In this document: positions 25,267 to 38,872 of the stretch, piece after piece
Layout of the letters: each line of letters starts with the position of its first letter
Numbering within the stretch: the stretch's first letter is position 1
NCBI GenBank assembly: GCA_964016885.1
Contig: OZ024761.1
Coordinates: 17,670,001 to 17,734,000 of the forward strand
Direction of reading: 5' to 3'
Length of the DNA stretch: 64,000 nt
DNA from: Eledone cirrhosa
Taxonomy: Eukaryota
Position numbers and translations under genes: made by a program
The notes under the pieces: generated by a model
What the model saw: the letters and a program-made list of their open reading frames with translations, nothing else
Told to the model about the DNA's origin: nothing
The model's database searches: none

Positions 25267-25464
25267 TGAGGGTTGGCTCAAAAGTTCAAAGGCTGACCAA
25301 GATACTCTCATGAAATGACCAAATGACGTTTATTTTTCAACAAAGTCCCTGGAAAGAAACAATGCAGTTATTAATAAGAAGAGTTGAAATTAATGCATGC
25401 AAGATTTCACAGCTCTAGCATCACTCATTCATAGTCAGCTTATGAACTTTTCAGCCCACCCTTG
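25267..25464. mobile_element. Mariner-type MITE
   Basis: TA|TGAGGGTTGGCTCAAAAGTTCA ... TGAACTTTTCAGCCCACCCTTG|TA imperfect TIRs. Confidence 0.65.
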
Positions 25465-25755
25465 TATATACGCACATATTCATACATATATCATCATCAT
25501 CATCATCATTTAACATCCATTTTCCCTGCTAGCAAGGGTTGAAAGAGTTTTCACAGACCAAGTCAGTACTGAAGTGAGGTTACTGACCTGCCAGACATGC
25601 TGGGTATGTGCATCTCATATATGGTTTCACATAAACACCCAAGAAACACTGTGAAATACAACCTTGTAAGAGGCCAGCTAAACCTACACAGGTGTGAACT
25701 GTACATTTTATTAAATTTTTTATTTATTTATTCAGGTGTACTTTTGTGTTTGCAG

Positions 25756-25791
25756 GTGGTGGCATAGCTGTTGGTTCAGTAGTATTAATTG
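25756..25791 (+). CDS. ELP4: ELP4 coding exon (exon 2 by homology, 36 bp): (G)GGIAVGSVVLI(E)
   Basis: tttgcag acceptor, gtaagt donor, phase 1/1; matches the GGGLAVGTVLLI motif. Confidence 0.9.
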
Positions 25792-28700
25792 GTAAGTATA
25801 TATATATTTATATATCTTGTGTGGTGTGTGCGATGTGGGATTGGCAATCATTAAGCCCTGGGTTACCATGGCCTTTATGATCTGAGTTCAAATCCCGCCG
25901 AGGTTAACTTTGCCTTTCATCCTTATGGGGTCGATAAAATAAAGTACCAGTAATGCACTGGGTAATTGTGGCCTTGTGCCTAAAGTAGAAACAATTAATT
26001 GGTAAGTATATATATATTTATATATCTTGTGTGGTGTGTGTGATATGGGCTTGGCAATCATTAAGCCCTGGGTTAACATGGCCATAGGGGGCTTGGGCAG
26101 GGGTAGTACCTTTGATGGTTGACAGCTGCACCCTAACTAGTAGGGTGGTCAGTCATCACCGGCCCCCACCCATCCCCTAAATCTCTCACGTGTGACTCCA
26201 AGCGCCATGCCCCGGCACACCGCTTCAGCTGGTGGACTGAACCACGTGAGGGGGTGGTGTTGACACGGCACCACTAGGCATATGAGCTTCAACACGGAAG
26301 CCACTGGTTAAAGCAGAAGGAAATCCTCCCTCGGCACCGGTCCAGGACTGAAGGCGACCCACACCATATTCCGTGGCCATTGGTTTGCAGTTCTACTAGA
26401 GACTACTGTCTCTTTACTAAATGTCAGTGGTTGGGCTTCAGGTCAGCGACCTGTTCCCGGAAAAACTCTCCTGCTACGAAAACAATTCATAGTGCATCAG
26501 ATTCAAATTCCAAGCAGTCAGGAGAACGGTTGTCTCTAACCGGAGATTGTGTGACGGGTGTCGGCGAAAGTCTCGATGAGGAAGCCGACATCCTGAGGAC
26601 CAGAATTCTGTCTGCAAAAATAACCACACGTATTGGATATTGGAACATAAGAACTCTGTACCAACCATCCAAACTTGCGCAAGTTATTGGAGAAATGGAG
26701 ACCTACAAAATTAACATCCTGGACCTCAGCAAGGTCCGTTGGACTGACTCTGGAAAGTTTGTCCATGAAAACAAGACCCTCCTGTTCTCAGGCCGTCAGA
26801 ATGGGACCTACCGAGATGGACTTGCAATCATCATGGTCAGGGCTGCCAGTAGTGCCCTTGAGGAGTGGACTCCTATCAACGAACGCCTAATGACAGCAAG
26901 ATTCACCACATCACATGCAAAGGTCACCATAGCTCAGTGCTATTTTCCAACCAACGAACATAACAACGATGACAAGGACGCTTTCTACCAGCAACTACAA
27001 GATGTTGTCAACAAAACCCCACGTCATGACATCCTGATCATCATGGGAGACATGAACGCACAGATCGGGGGAAGCAGGGTTGGCTTTGAACATGTCCTTG
27101 GCCCCCATGCTTATGGAAACCGCACGGACAACGGGGACAGGTTTGTCCAGTTCTGTGCCATGAACAATATGAAAATCGGCTCGTCACTATTTGACCACAA
27201 GAACATCCACAAGGTCACATGGGCTTCGAACGACCACAGGACCAAGACGCAAATAGACCACATTGCAATTGGCCCAAGATGGAGAACTCCTTGCCTGCAG
27301 GACGTCCGTGTCTACCAAGGCGCAGATGTCTGCAGTGACCACTATCTGTCTATTACCAAACTTAAAATCAGACTGAGGAAGCAGAAGAAGAAAGCACCCA
27401 CTACAAGGCGTTTTGACACTACCAAGCTGAAGAATGGTGACACAGAAGCACAGTTCCGGGCTGCTTTGAGGAGTCTGCACAAGGCTCGGTCAATTGGTGG
27501 GAGGAAATGAAGAAGACCATGGAAGCTGCAGGGGAAGAAGTCCTGGGCTACAGGAAGTCCCTCAGAGAAGCTTGGGTCAGCGACAACACCTGGCAGCTGA
27601 TTAATGAAAGGAAAGCCCTACACCAGTAGAGGCATGCCACTACCCCAGAGGCCATCAAAGTATATCAGCAGTATGTTGAGAAGAACAAGGAGGTGAAACG
27701 CAGCGCCCAAAAGGACAAACGAATGTGGCTTGAGAGTAAGGCAGAGGAGGCAGAAGCAGCTGCGGCACGCAATGACATGCGCTCTGTGTACCAAATTGCC
27801 AAGAAAATCACCGGCAGCTCTAGAGCTAACTCAGGCCCGGTGAAAGCGAAAGATGGTACGCTGCTTTCCAAGGGGGAATAAAAGTTAGTCAGATGGGCTG
27901 AACATTTCAAAGAAGTCCTCAACCGACCGGAGCCACGTATGCCAGCAGACACTAAGGAACCTACTAGTTTGTTACCTATCAATACTGATGACTTCACCGA
28001 GAAGGAATTCCGCATGGCCATCAAAACCCTTAAGAATAACAAGTCACCAGGTATGGATGGCATTTCTACTGAAATGCTGAAGTCAGGAGGCAAAAGCATG
28101 GTCAAGTAGATGGGGCACTTATGTAATCTTGTGTGGAACACGGGTGAAGTCCCAGAAGACTGGAGAAACGGAGCGGTTGTCTGTATCCCCAAGAAGCGCA
28201 ACCTTGCCGATTGTGACAACTGGAGGGGAGTGACACTTCTCTCCATACCAGGGAAGGTCTGTTGTCTAGTGATCCTGAACCGCATGCATGGCATGGTAGA
28301 CCGGTAACTGCGAGAAGAACAGGCAGGGTCCCGACCAAAACGTTCCTGTGCAGAGCAGATCTTTACGCTATGCCGCATCATTGAGAGGTACAACAAATTC
28401 CAGAGGCCCCTCGCCATCAGCTTCATCGATTTCTCCAAAGTATTCGATAGCATTCATCGACCGTCGCTCTGGAGCATCATGCATGAGTAGGGTCTGCCCC
28501 AGAAAGTCATTTCGGCAATCAAACAGATTTACGCAAACTCCAAGTGCTGCATACGGACAGAGGATGGTTACAGTGACTGGTTTGAGGTGGTTACTGGCGT
28601 GCGTCAGGGTTGCTCATTCTCTCCAATTCTCTTTGCCATAGCCATTGACTGGGTACTAAGAAGAGCATCTAAAGACCAGGGTATATCTTGGGTGGGAGAG

Positions 28701-31700
28701 CGAAAGTTGTCTGACCTGGACTTTGCGGACGATATTGCTGCACTTGCAGAGAGCACAGCTGACCTGCAAATCATTGTGAACAATATCAATGTCGAAGCAG
28801 GAAACTTAGGTCTCAATATCAGTGCCAAGAAGACCAAAAGCATGTTATCTGGGACACACCCACCACCAACCAGTGTCTTCATTGAACAGGGGGAGGTGGA
28901 GATAGTGGACAACTTCACCTACCTAGGAAGCTCCATTAACAATGGGGGCACCATGGACAGTGAACTACAATGTAGAATGGGAAAGGCTTCAGCAGCAATT
29001 AACCAGCTTGACAAGATCTGGAAGAGCAGGAAGTTCACCCTCAAAACAAAGATGAGATTCTACAACACCAACGTGCTGTCCACACTCTTGTACGGAAGTG
29101 AAACATGGCACCTTAAGACCAGCCAAGAGAAGAAGTTGGACGCATTCGATTCCAGATGTCTGTGAAAGATCCTGGGGATTAAATGGAGTGACCATGTAAC
29201 AAACCAGGAAGTCAGGAACCGCACCAACCAGCAGCTAGTCTCTTCTACCATCTGCAAGTGACGCCTGGGCTGGTTTGGACACGCTTTGAGACTTCCCTCG
29301 GAGAGACTGGCGAACCAAGTACTTAAATGGAGCCCGCAGGGAAGCAGATGGAGAGGGCGACCCAAAATTAACTGGCGCCAGACAGTTGAGAGGGACCTGC
29401 GAGCGACAAACAGACAATGGCGGGACGCTGTGCAACTGGCTGCTGACCGAACGCGATGGAACACTATGATTGACGCGGGAGCTTCTGAATCTGAGTCTAA
29501 GTAACATGGCCTTGGATCAAGCCAAGCCTTGTAAGTGTAATTAAGTAGATGGAAACTGTTTATAAACCCATCAAATGTTTTTTTTTTAATGTCAACAAAC
29601 TTCAAATGTGAAACTTGATCTTTCAAACTTGTGAAACTCTGAAAGAATAAAGTTTTAAAAAGATGTAGGATGCTGAGCTGCAGAAAATAACTGTAAGTGC
29701 AGTCAGATGTTATAAAATTGCTTCTAAAATAGGATAAATACCATTAGAGATGGAAAAAGAAGTTGCTAGCAGCTGCTACAAGGGATTGAACCTTGCATCT
29801 CTCAGGTACTGATAGTGCTCTCACCATTGAGCTAAGCGGCCTCTTGCAACATCTTACCATCGAAATTAACCCTTTAGCATTTAATCTGGCCGTATCTAGC
29901 CAGACTCCTCTCACCTCTTTCTGTTCAAACTGGCTGTAACTGGCTGCTCATACTGACATTAAAGTATTGTTCTCAAAATAAATAACCTCAAAATCCCATA
30001 GATTCGATATTATGTAAGATAAATCCTTTACCGTAAAAATACAATAGTAAATATAGAGTAATACAAATCGTAAAGGATTAATGGAGCTGAATCAAACAGC
30101 TTTTTGAAAATGTCAACAAACATTGTATGTGAAGAGCATCTAACTGTACTTGCAGTTATTTTTTGCACCTGAATATACTGTATGTATGGTTCCATAACTC
30201 CTGAGGGATCATAAGGACGCCATATTGAAATACAGTATTTCTAGGACATTTTAAAACCTTGTAGAGCCTCTCTTCTCTCCAAGTCTGAATACAGCAGATT
30301 TCTTCCAGAGAAGGATAAAGAGAATGAGTGAGAATGTAAGTGAAAAAGAAATACAGAGGAAGAATCAACCTCAGTAATAGACTGCTATTTTTTTTTATCT
30401 CACCAGCGGTATTTGAACTTAAAGATCAGAGAGCCGAAACGAATACCACAAAGCATTCTAACAACTCTACCAATTTATTACCTGTCTTGAATATAGTACA
30501 TCTTCTATTCATTGCCTGTATATATATATATTGCTTGAGTATAGTACATCTTCTATTCATTGCCTGTATATATATATATATTGCTTGAGTATAGTACATC
30601 TTCTATTCATTGCCTGTATATATATATATTGCTTGAGTATAGTACATCTTCTATTCATTGCCTGTATATATATATATTGCTTGAGTATAGTACATCTTCT
30701 ATTCATTGCCTGTATATATATATATTGCTTGAGTATAGTACATCTTCTATTCATTGCCTGTATATATATATTGCTTGAGTATAGTACATCTTCTATTCAT
30801 TGCCTGTATATATATATTGCTTGAGTATAGTACATCTTCTATTCATTGCCTGTATATATATATATTGCTTGAGTATAGTACATCTTCTATTCATTGCCTG
30901 TATATATATATTGCTTGAGTATAGTACATCTTCTATTCATTGCCTGTATATATATATTGCTTGAGTATAGTACATCTTCTATTCATTGCCTGTATATATA
31001 TATATATTGCTTGAGTATAGTACATCTTCTATTCAATGCCTGTATATATATATTGCTTGAGTATAGTACATCTTCTATTCATTGCCTGTATATATATATA
31101 TTGCTTGAGTATAGTACATCTTCTATTCATTGCCTGTATATATATATTGCTTGAGTATAGTACATCTTCTATTCAATGCCTGTATATATATATTGCTTGA
31201 GTATAGTACATCTTCTATTCATTGCCTGTATATATATATTGCTTGAGTATAGTACATCTTCTATTCAATGCCTGTATATATATATTGCTTGAGTATAGTA
31301 CATCTTCTATTCAATGCCTGTATATATATATATTGCTTGAGTATAGTACATCTTCTATTCATTGCCTGTATATATATATTGCTTGAGTATAGTACATCTT
31401 CTATTCAATGCCTGTATATATATATTGCTTGAGTATAGTACATCTTCTATTCATTGCCTGTATATATATATTGCTTGAGTATAGTACATCTTCTATTCAT
31501 TGCCTGTATATATATATTGCTTGAATATAGTACATCTTCTATTCATTGCCTGTATATATATATATTGCTTGAGTATAGTACATCTTCTATTCATTGCCTG
31601 TATATATATATATTGCTTGAGTATAGTACATCTTCTATTCATTGCCTGTATATATATATTGCTTGAGTATAGTACATCTTCTATTCATTGCCTGTATATA

Positions 31701-34700
31701 TATATTGCTTGAGTATAGTACATCTTCTATTCATTGCCTGTATATATATATTGCTTGAGTATAGTACATCTTCTATTCATTGCCTGTATATATATATATT
31801 GCTTGAGTATAGTACATCTTCTATTCATTGCCTGTATATATATATTGCTTGAGTATAGTACATCTTCTATTCATTGCCTGTATATATATATATATTGCTT
31901 GAGTATAGTACATCTTCTATTCATTGCCTGTATATATATATTGCTTGAATATAGTACATCTTCTATTCATTGCCTGTATATATATATATTGCTTGAGTAT
32001 AGTACATCTTCTATTCATTGCCTGTATATATATATTGCTTGAGTATAGTACATCTTCTATTCATTGCTTGTATATATATATATTGCTTGAGTATAGTACA
32101 TCTTCTATTCATTGCCTGTATATATATATATTGCTTGAGTATAGTACATCTTCTATTCATTGCTTGTATATATATATATTGCTTGAGTATAGTACATCTT
32201 CTATTCATTGCCTGTATATATATATTGCTTGAGTATAGTACATCTTCTATTCATTGCCTGTATATATATATATTGCTTGAGTATAGTACATCTTCTATTC
32301 ATTGCCTGTATATATATATATTGCTTGAGTATAGTACATCTTCTATTCATTGCCTGTATATATATATATTGCTTGAGTATAGTACATCTTCTATTCATTG
32401 CTTGTATATATATATTGCTTGAGTATAGTACATCTTCTATTCATTGCCTGTATATATATATTGCTTGAGTATAGTACATCTTCTATTCATTGCTTGTATA
32501 TATATATTGCTTGAGTATAGTACATCTTCTATTCATTGCTTGTATATATATATTGCTTGAGTATAGTACATCTTCTATTCATTGCCTGTATATATATATT
32601 GCTTGAGTATAGTACATCTTCTATTCATTGCCTGTATATATATATTGCTTGAGTATAGTACATCTTCTATTCATTGCCTGTATATATATATATTGCTTGA
32701 GTATAGTACATCTTCTATTCATTGCCTGTATATTTCTATATTGCTTGAGTATAGTACATCTTCTATTCATTGCCTGTATATATATATTGCTTGAGTATAG
32801 TACATCTTCTATTCATTGCTTGTATATATATATTGCTTGAGTATAGTACATCTTCTATTCATTGCTTGTATATATATATTGCTTGAGTATAGTACATCTT
32901 CTATTCATTGCTTGTATATATATATTGCTTGAGTATAGTACATCTTCTATTCATTGCCTGTATATATATATTGCTTGAGTATAGTACATCTTCTATTCAT
33001 TGCTTGTATATATATATTGCTTGAGTATAGTACATCTTCTATTCATTGCCTGTATATATATATTGCTTGAGTATAGTACATCTTCTATTCATTGCTTGTA
33101 TATATATATTGCTTGAGTATAGTACATCTTCTATTCATTGCCTGTATATATATATATTGCTTGAGTATAGTACATCTTCTATTCATTGCCTGTATATATA
33201 TATTGCTTGAGTATAGTACATCTTCTATTCATTGCCTGTATATATATATTGCTTGAGTATAGTACATCTTCTATTCATTGCCTGTATATATATATATTGC
33301 TTGAGTATAGTACATCTTCTATTCATTGCTTGTATATATATATTGCTTGAGTATAGTACATCTTCTATTCATTGCTTGTATATATATATATATATTGCTT
33401 GAGTATAGTACATCTTCTATTCATTGCCTGTATATATATATTGCTTGAGTATAGTACATCTTCTATTCATTGCTTGTATATATATATTGCTTGAGTATAG
33501 TACATCTTCTATTCATTGCCTGTATATATATATTGCTTGAGTATAGTACATCTTCTATTCATTGCCTGTATATATATATTGCTTGAGTATAGTACATCTT
33601 CTATTCATTGCTTGTATATATATATTGCTTGAGTATAGTACATCTTCTATTCATTGCTTGTATATATATATTGCTTGAGTATAGTACATCTTCTATTCAT
33701 TGCTTGTATATATATATATATTGCTTGAGTATAGTACATCTTCTATTCATTGCCTGTATATATATATATTGCTTGAGTATAGTACATCTTCTATTCATTG
33801 CCTGTATATATATATTGCTTGAGTATAGTACATCTTCTATTCATTGCTTGTATATATATATTGCTTGAGTATAGTACATCTTCTATTCATTGCTTGTATA
33901 TATATATTGCTTGAGTATAGTACATCTTCTATTCATTGCTTGTATATATATATTGCTTGAGTATAGTACATCTTCTATTCATTGCTTGTATATATATATT
34001 GCTTGAGTATAGTACATCTTCTATTCATTGCTTGTATATATATATTGCTTGAGTATAGTACATCTTCTATTCATTGCCTGTATATATATATATTGCTTGA
34101 GTATAGTACATCTTCTATTCATTGCCTGTATATATATATATATATTGCTTGAGTATAGTACATCTTCTATTCATTGCCTGTATATATATATATTGCTTGA
34201 GTATAGTACATCTTCTATTCAATGCCTGTATATATATATTGCTTGAGTATAGTACATCTTCTATTCATTGCCTGTATATATATATATATTGCTTGAGTAT
34301 AGTACATCTTCTATTCATTGCCTGTATATATATATATTGCTTGAGTATAGTACATCTTCTATTCATTGCCTGTATATATATATTGCTTGAGTATAGTACA
34401 TCTTCTATTCATTGCCTGTATATATATATTGCTTGAGTATAGTACATCTTCTATTCAATGCCTGTATATATATATTGCTTGAGTATAGTACATCTTCTAT
34501 TCATTGCCTGTATATATATATTGCTTGAGTATAGTACATCTTCTATTCATTGCTTGTATATATATATATTGCTTGAGTATAGTACATCTTCTATTCATTG
34601 CCTGTATATATATATATTGCTTGAGTATAGTACATCTTCTATTCATTGCTTGTATATATATATATTGCTTGAGTATAGTACATCTTCTATTCATTGCCTG

Positions 34701-36292
34701 TATATATATATTGCTTGAGTATAGTACATCTTCTATTCATTGCCTGTATATATATATTGCTTGAGTATAGTACATCTTCTATAAACTTTATTATTTCAGC
34801 ACTTCCTAAGTTTTAAAGTTCAAGCTTTGCATATGATGCTTGTTGACAATAACAATAATATTGTTTCTTATATAGGCACAAGGCCAGCAATTTTGGCGGA
34901 GGGGAAAGTCAATTAAATTAACACCAGTACGTGAATGGTACCTTATTTTATCGACCCCCCTTAAGGATGAAAGGCAACGTTAACCTCGGCGGGGTTTGAA
35001 CTCAGATCATAAAGGGCCGTAACTCTATGCTGCAAAGCATGGCGTCCGGCTCTCTACCGATACTGCCAATCCACCACCCTAACCCACTTGTTGACAATAA
35101 CAATAATATTAATAACAAAACAGAAGGGATGTATAACAGTACATATGTTTTTGAAACAGGAAATATGACTCTATCAGGATGACCTGTTAGTTTTTCTATG
35201 TTGTATTTTTTTTTTTCTTTTTCTTTATTCTGTATTATAGAGGAAGATAGTTTTGGTCACTATGGACAGCTGTTATTGAAATATTTCCTGTCTGAAGCGG
35301 TTATGACTGGTCAGTCTGTACTACTGGCTGGTACAGAAGATCAACCTGACAGTATACTTAAGGTATGTTATATAACTACCCGCATCAGTTGTTAGCTGCC
35401 GAGACACTGCATCCTTTAAAACCTCCATGCTTCCTGAAATTCGCCAACACACACTACACTACACCTGATATCCCCCCCCCCTCCATACATACACACACAT
35501 GTATCTGTGTGTATATCATGACTCATACACTGTTCACTTTCCTGACATTTGTACATTGTTCTATGTACTACACATGCACCTTTGATGAGTTGTAGTGCAC
35601 CTGAGTACTGTACACACTAATTTTATCATTATTATTATTATTATTATAGGGCGGTGAATTGGCAGTATCGGTAGAGGGTTGGACGCCATGCTTTCTAGCA
35701 TAGTTACGTCCCTTTACAGTCTGAGTTCAAATCCCGCTGAGGTTAACTTTGCCTTTCATCCTTACGGGGTCGATAAAATAAAGTACCTGTAATGTACTGA
35801 GTAATTGTTGGCCTTGTGCCAAAAGTAGAAACAATTATTATTATTATTATTATTATTATAGGGTGGTGGTTTGGCAGTATCGGTAGAGCGTCAGACACCA
35901 TGCTTTGCAGCTTAGAGTTATGGCCCTTTACGTTCCGAGTTCAAATCCCGCCAAGGTTAACTTTGCCTTTCATCCTTATGGGGTCGATAAAATAAAGTAC
36001 GAGTCATGCACTGGGGTCGATTTAATCGACTTCCCCCTCCCCCCAAATTACTGGCCTTGTGCCTATATAAGAAACCATTATTATTATACACACACACAGA
36101 GTCTCTCTCTCTCTCTCTCTCTCTCTCTGCTTTTCTCACTTTGCCTTTCTCCCTCTATCTTTCACATACACATGTATTTATTTGGAGGGTGAGTACGGTT
36201 GGTTTGGCAGGGTACGTGTTAGTGTTAGGTTTAGGGTGTTTACTGAGTATTTATGGACTGACTAGCAATAACGGTCTTGTTTACACACACAC

Positions 36293-36324
<32 letters not shown>

Positions 36325-37365
36325 TTATAACCTAATATATTCCTTCCATATACTGTACCGATTGTGTTGTTATTTCTGTTTACCTTTTACACACACACAT
36401 ACACACACATATATATATAAACCGCCAGAGATTCGATTTTACTGATTTCCAATTATATATATATATATATAGGTTAACACAAATCAATATATTTGATAAA
36501 CACAAATATCCTCATATTTATGTTTGTATTGTAAATGACCAAGTTAGCTAGATAGAAATATACTAATAATAATATTACAGGTTGGCTTAGTGGTTAGAGC
36601 ATTGGCCTTGCAATCGAAAGGTTGTGAGTTCAATTCTCAGACCGGGTGATGTGTTGTTTCCTTGAGCAAGATACTTTATTTCACATTGCTCCAGTTTACT
36701 CAGCTGTAGAAATGAGATGATAGGGACTGGGGTCACTATCATTCCACTGCAAAGTGGTCGTGGAGGTGCCACGGCAAAAAAGCACCCAGCACTCACTGTA
36801 AATGAGGTTGGTGTTAGGAAGGGCATCCAGCTGTAGAAATCAAGCCAGAATCAGTTCCCGTCCCACCCTTGCAAGCAGGGAAAAGCGGACGTAAAATGAT
36901 GATGATGATGATGATATGAATGTATGTATAGTATATTTGGCAATATACCGTATGTTTAATTAAAAACATTTTGAAGACCTTGCGCTATCATTTTAAAGTA
37001 GTCACTATGTCACTTACTTCTTTTTTCGGCAAAGGAAGAGACAGAAGCTGACAGATTCTGTTTCACACTGTTGGTGTTCCTCAGAGCAACGTACTCCCCG
37101 CCTCTGCTGAAAATTATAGAGGATGGATTCTTATAGAATTCCAGTAATAATCAGGAACTGATTATACAGAGCAATTGCTGGTCCAGCAAAAATTAAAAAT
37201 TAGGATTGGTGTTCTGAAATAGCGATGTATACATGAATGTGTGTATAGTATATTTGGCAATATACCGTATGTTTAATTTTTAAAAAAAATTAAACATACG
37301 GTATATTGCCAAATATACTATACATACATTCATGTATACATCGCTATTTCAGAGCACCATTCCTA

Positions 37366-37434
<69 letters not shown>

Positions 37435-37621
37435 TATACACGGTTTACAAAACTCACTGATGTTATTTCAGCAATCTCTGGCCATGACTCACTCAGTCAA
37501 GAAGGTTGCAGTAGTGAAACTGCATCTCAATGTTCAGAGTGCACACATATTAGTTAATAGCAAGTGCAGTAGCTGTGTTTTGGTACAGATCTGTGATGTA
37601 TCTAACTCCTGGACAGATTCT

Positions 37622-37670
<49 letters not shown>

Positions 37671-37895
37671 ATTAAATAAATGGAAACTATATCTATAAAA
37701 CCATATCTATTTCATTATATATATTTCAGGGATATCATATTAACAATATGCTATGCCTTCCTCAGACAAAATACAATATAAACAGTTTTATAGATAAATA
37801 GATTCGACATACCGTAACAACATCGACTTGTATTTGAAAAGGTTGATTTGGCAGTATTTACTAGTTGTAACCCAACAATTTAAATATAACTTTCC

Positions 37896-37962
<67 letters not shown>

Positions 37963-38798
37963 AGGGCGGTGAATTGACAGTATCGGTTGAGGGTTGGACG
38001 CCATGCTTTGCAACATTACGGCCCTTTGTGATCTGAATTCAAATCCCGGTGAGGTTAACTTTGCATTTCATCCTTACGGGGGTCGATAAAATAAAGTACC
38101 AGTCATGCACTGGGGTCAACTTAATCGACTTCCGCCTCCCCCCAAATTGCTGGCCTTGTGCCTATATAAGAAACCATATATATATATATATATATATAAG
38201 GCTTTTTGCCCATACGAGTCTGTGAGTATTGATTTATTATTTTCTAGATCGTACAGGCAGACCTTATGTTGTTGAATTAAGATTTTTCACTCTAGCAATC
38301 TTATTAGTCAATTGCAACTAAAACATGTAAATGTTCATCAAATATTAATTTATACTGCTCAGAAGCGATTCCTAGAGCTGAAATGATTGTAAATGACCCC
38401 TTTGAGTCTAAACTCTAAGCTATTTATTTATATATATATATATATATATCATCATCATCATCATCATCATTTCATTTTACGTCCGCTTTTCCCTGCTTGC
38501 AAGGGTGGGACGGGAACTGATTCTGGCTTGATATCTACAGCTGGATGCCCTTCCTAACACCAACCTCATTTACAGTGAGTGCTGGGTGCTTTTTTTGCCG
38601 TGGCACGTCCACGACCACTTTGCAATGGAATGATAGGGACCCCAGTCCCTATCATCTCATTTCTACAGCTGAGTAAACTGGAGCAATGTGAAATAAAGTG
38701 TCTTGCTCAAGGAAACAACATATCACCCGGTCTGAGAATTGAACTCACAACCTTTCGATTGCAAGGCCAATGCTCTAACCCCTAGGCCATGTGCCTCC

Positions 38799-38872
<74 letters not shown>

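Noticed and set aside
30484-34781. CRISPR-like array (36-bp constant repeat)
   Set aside because: The intervening sequences are only (TA)n, not unique spacers; no cas genes; eukaryotic intron.
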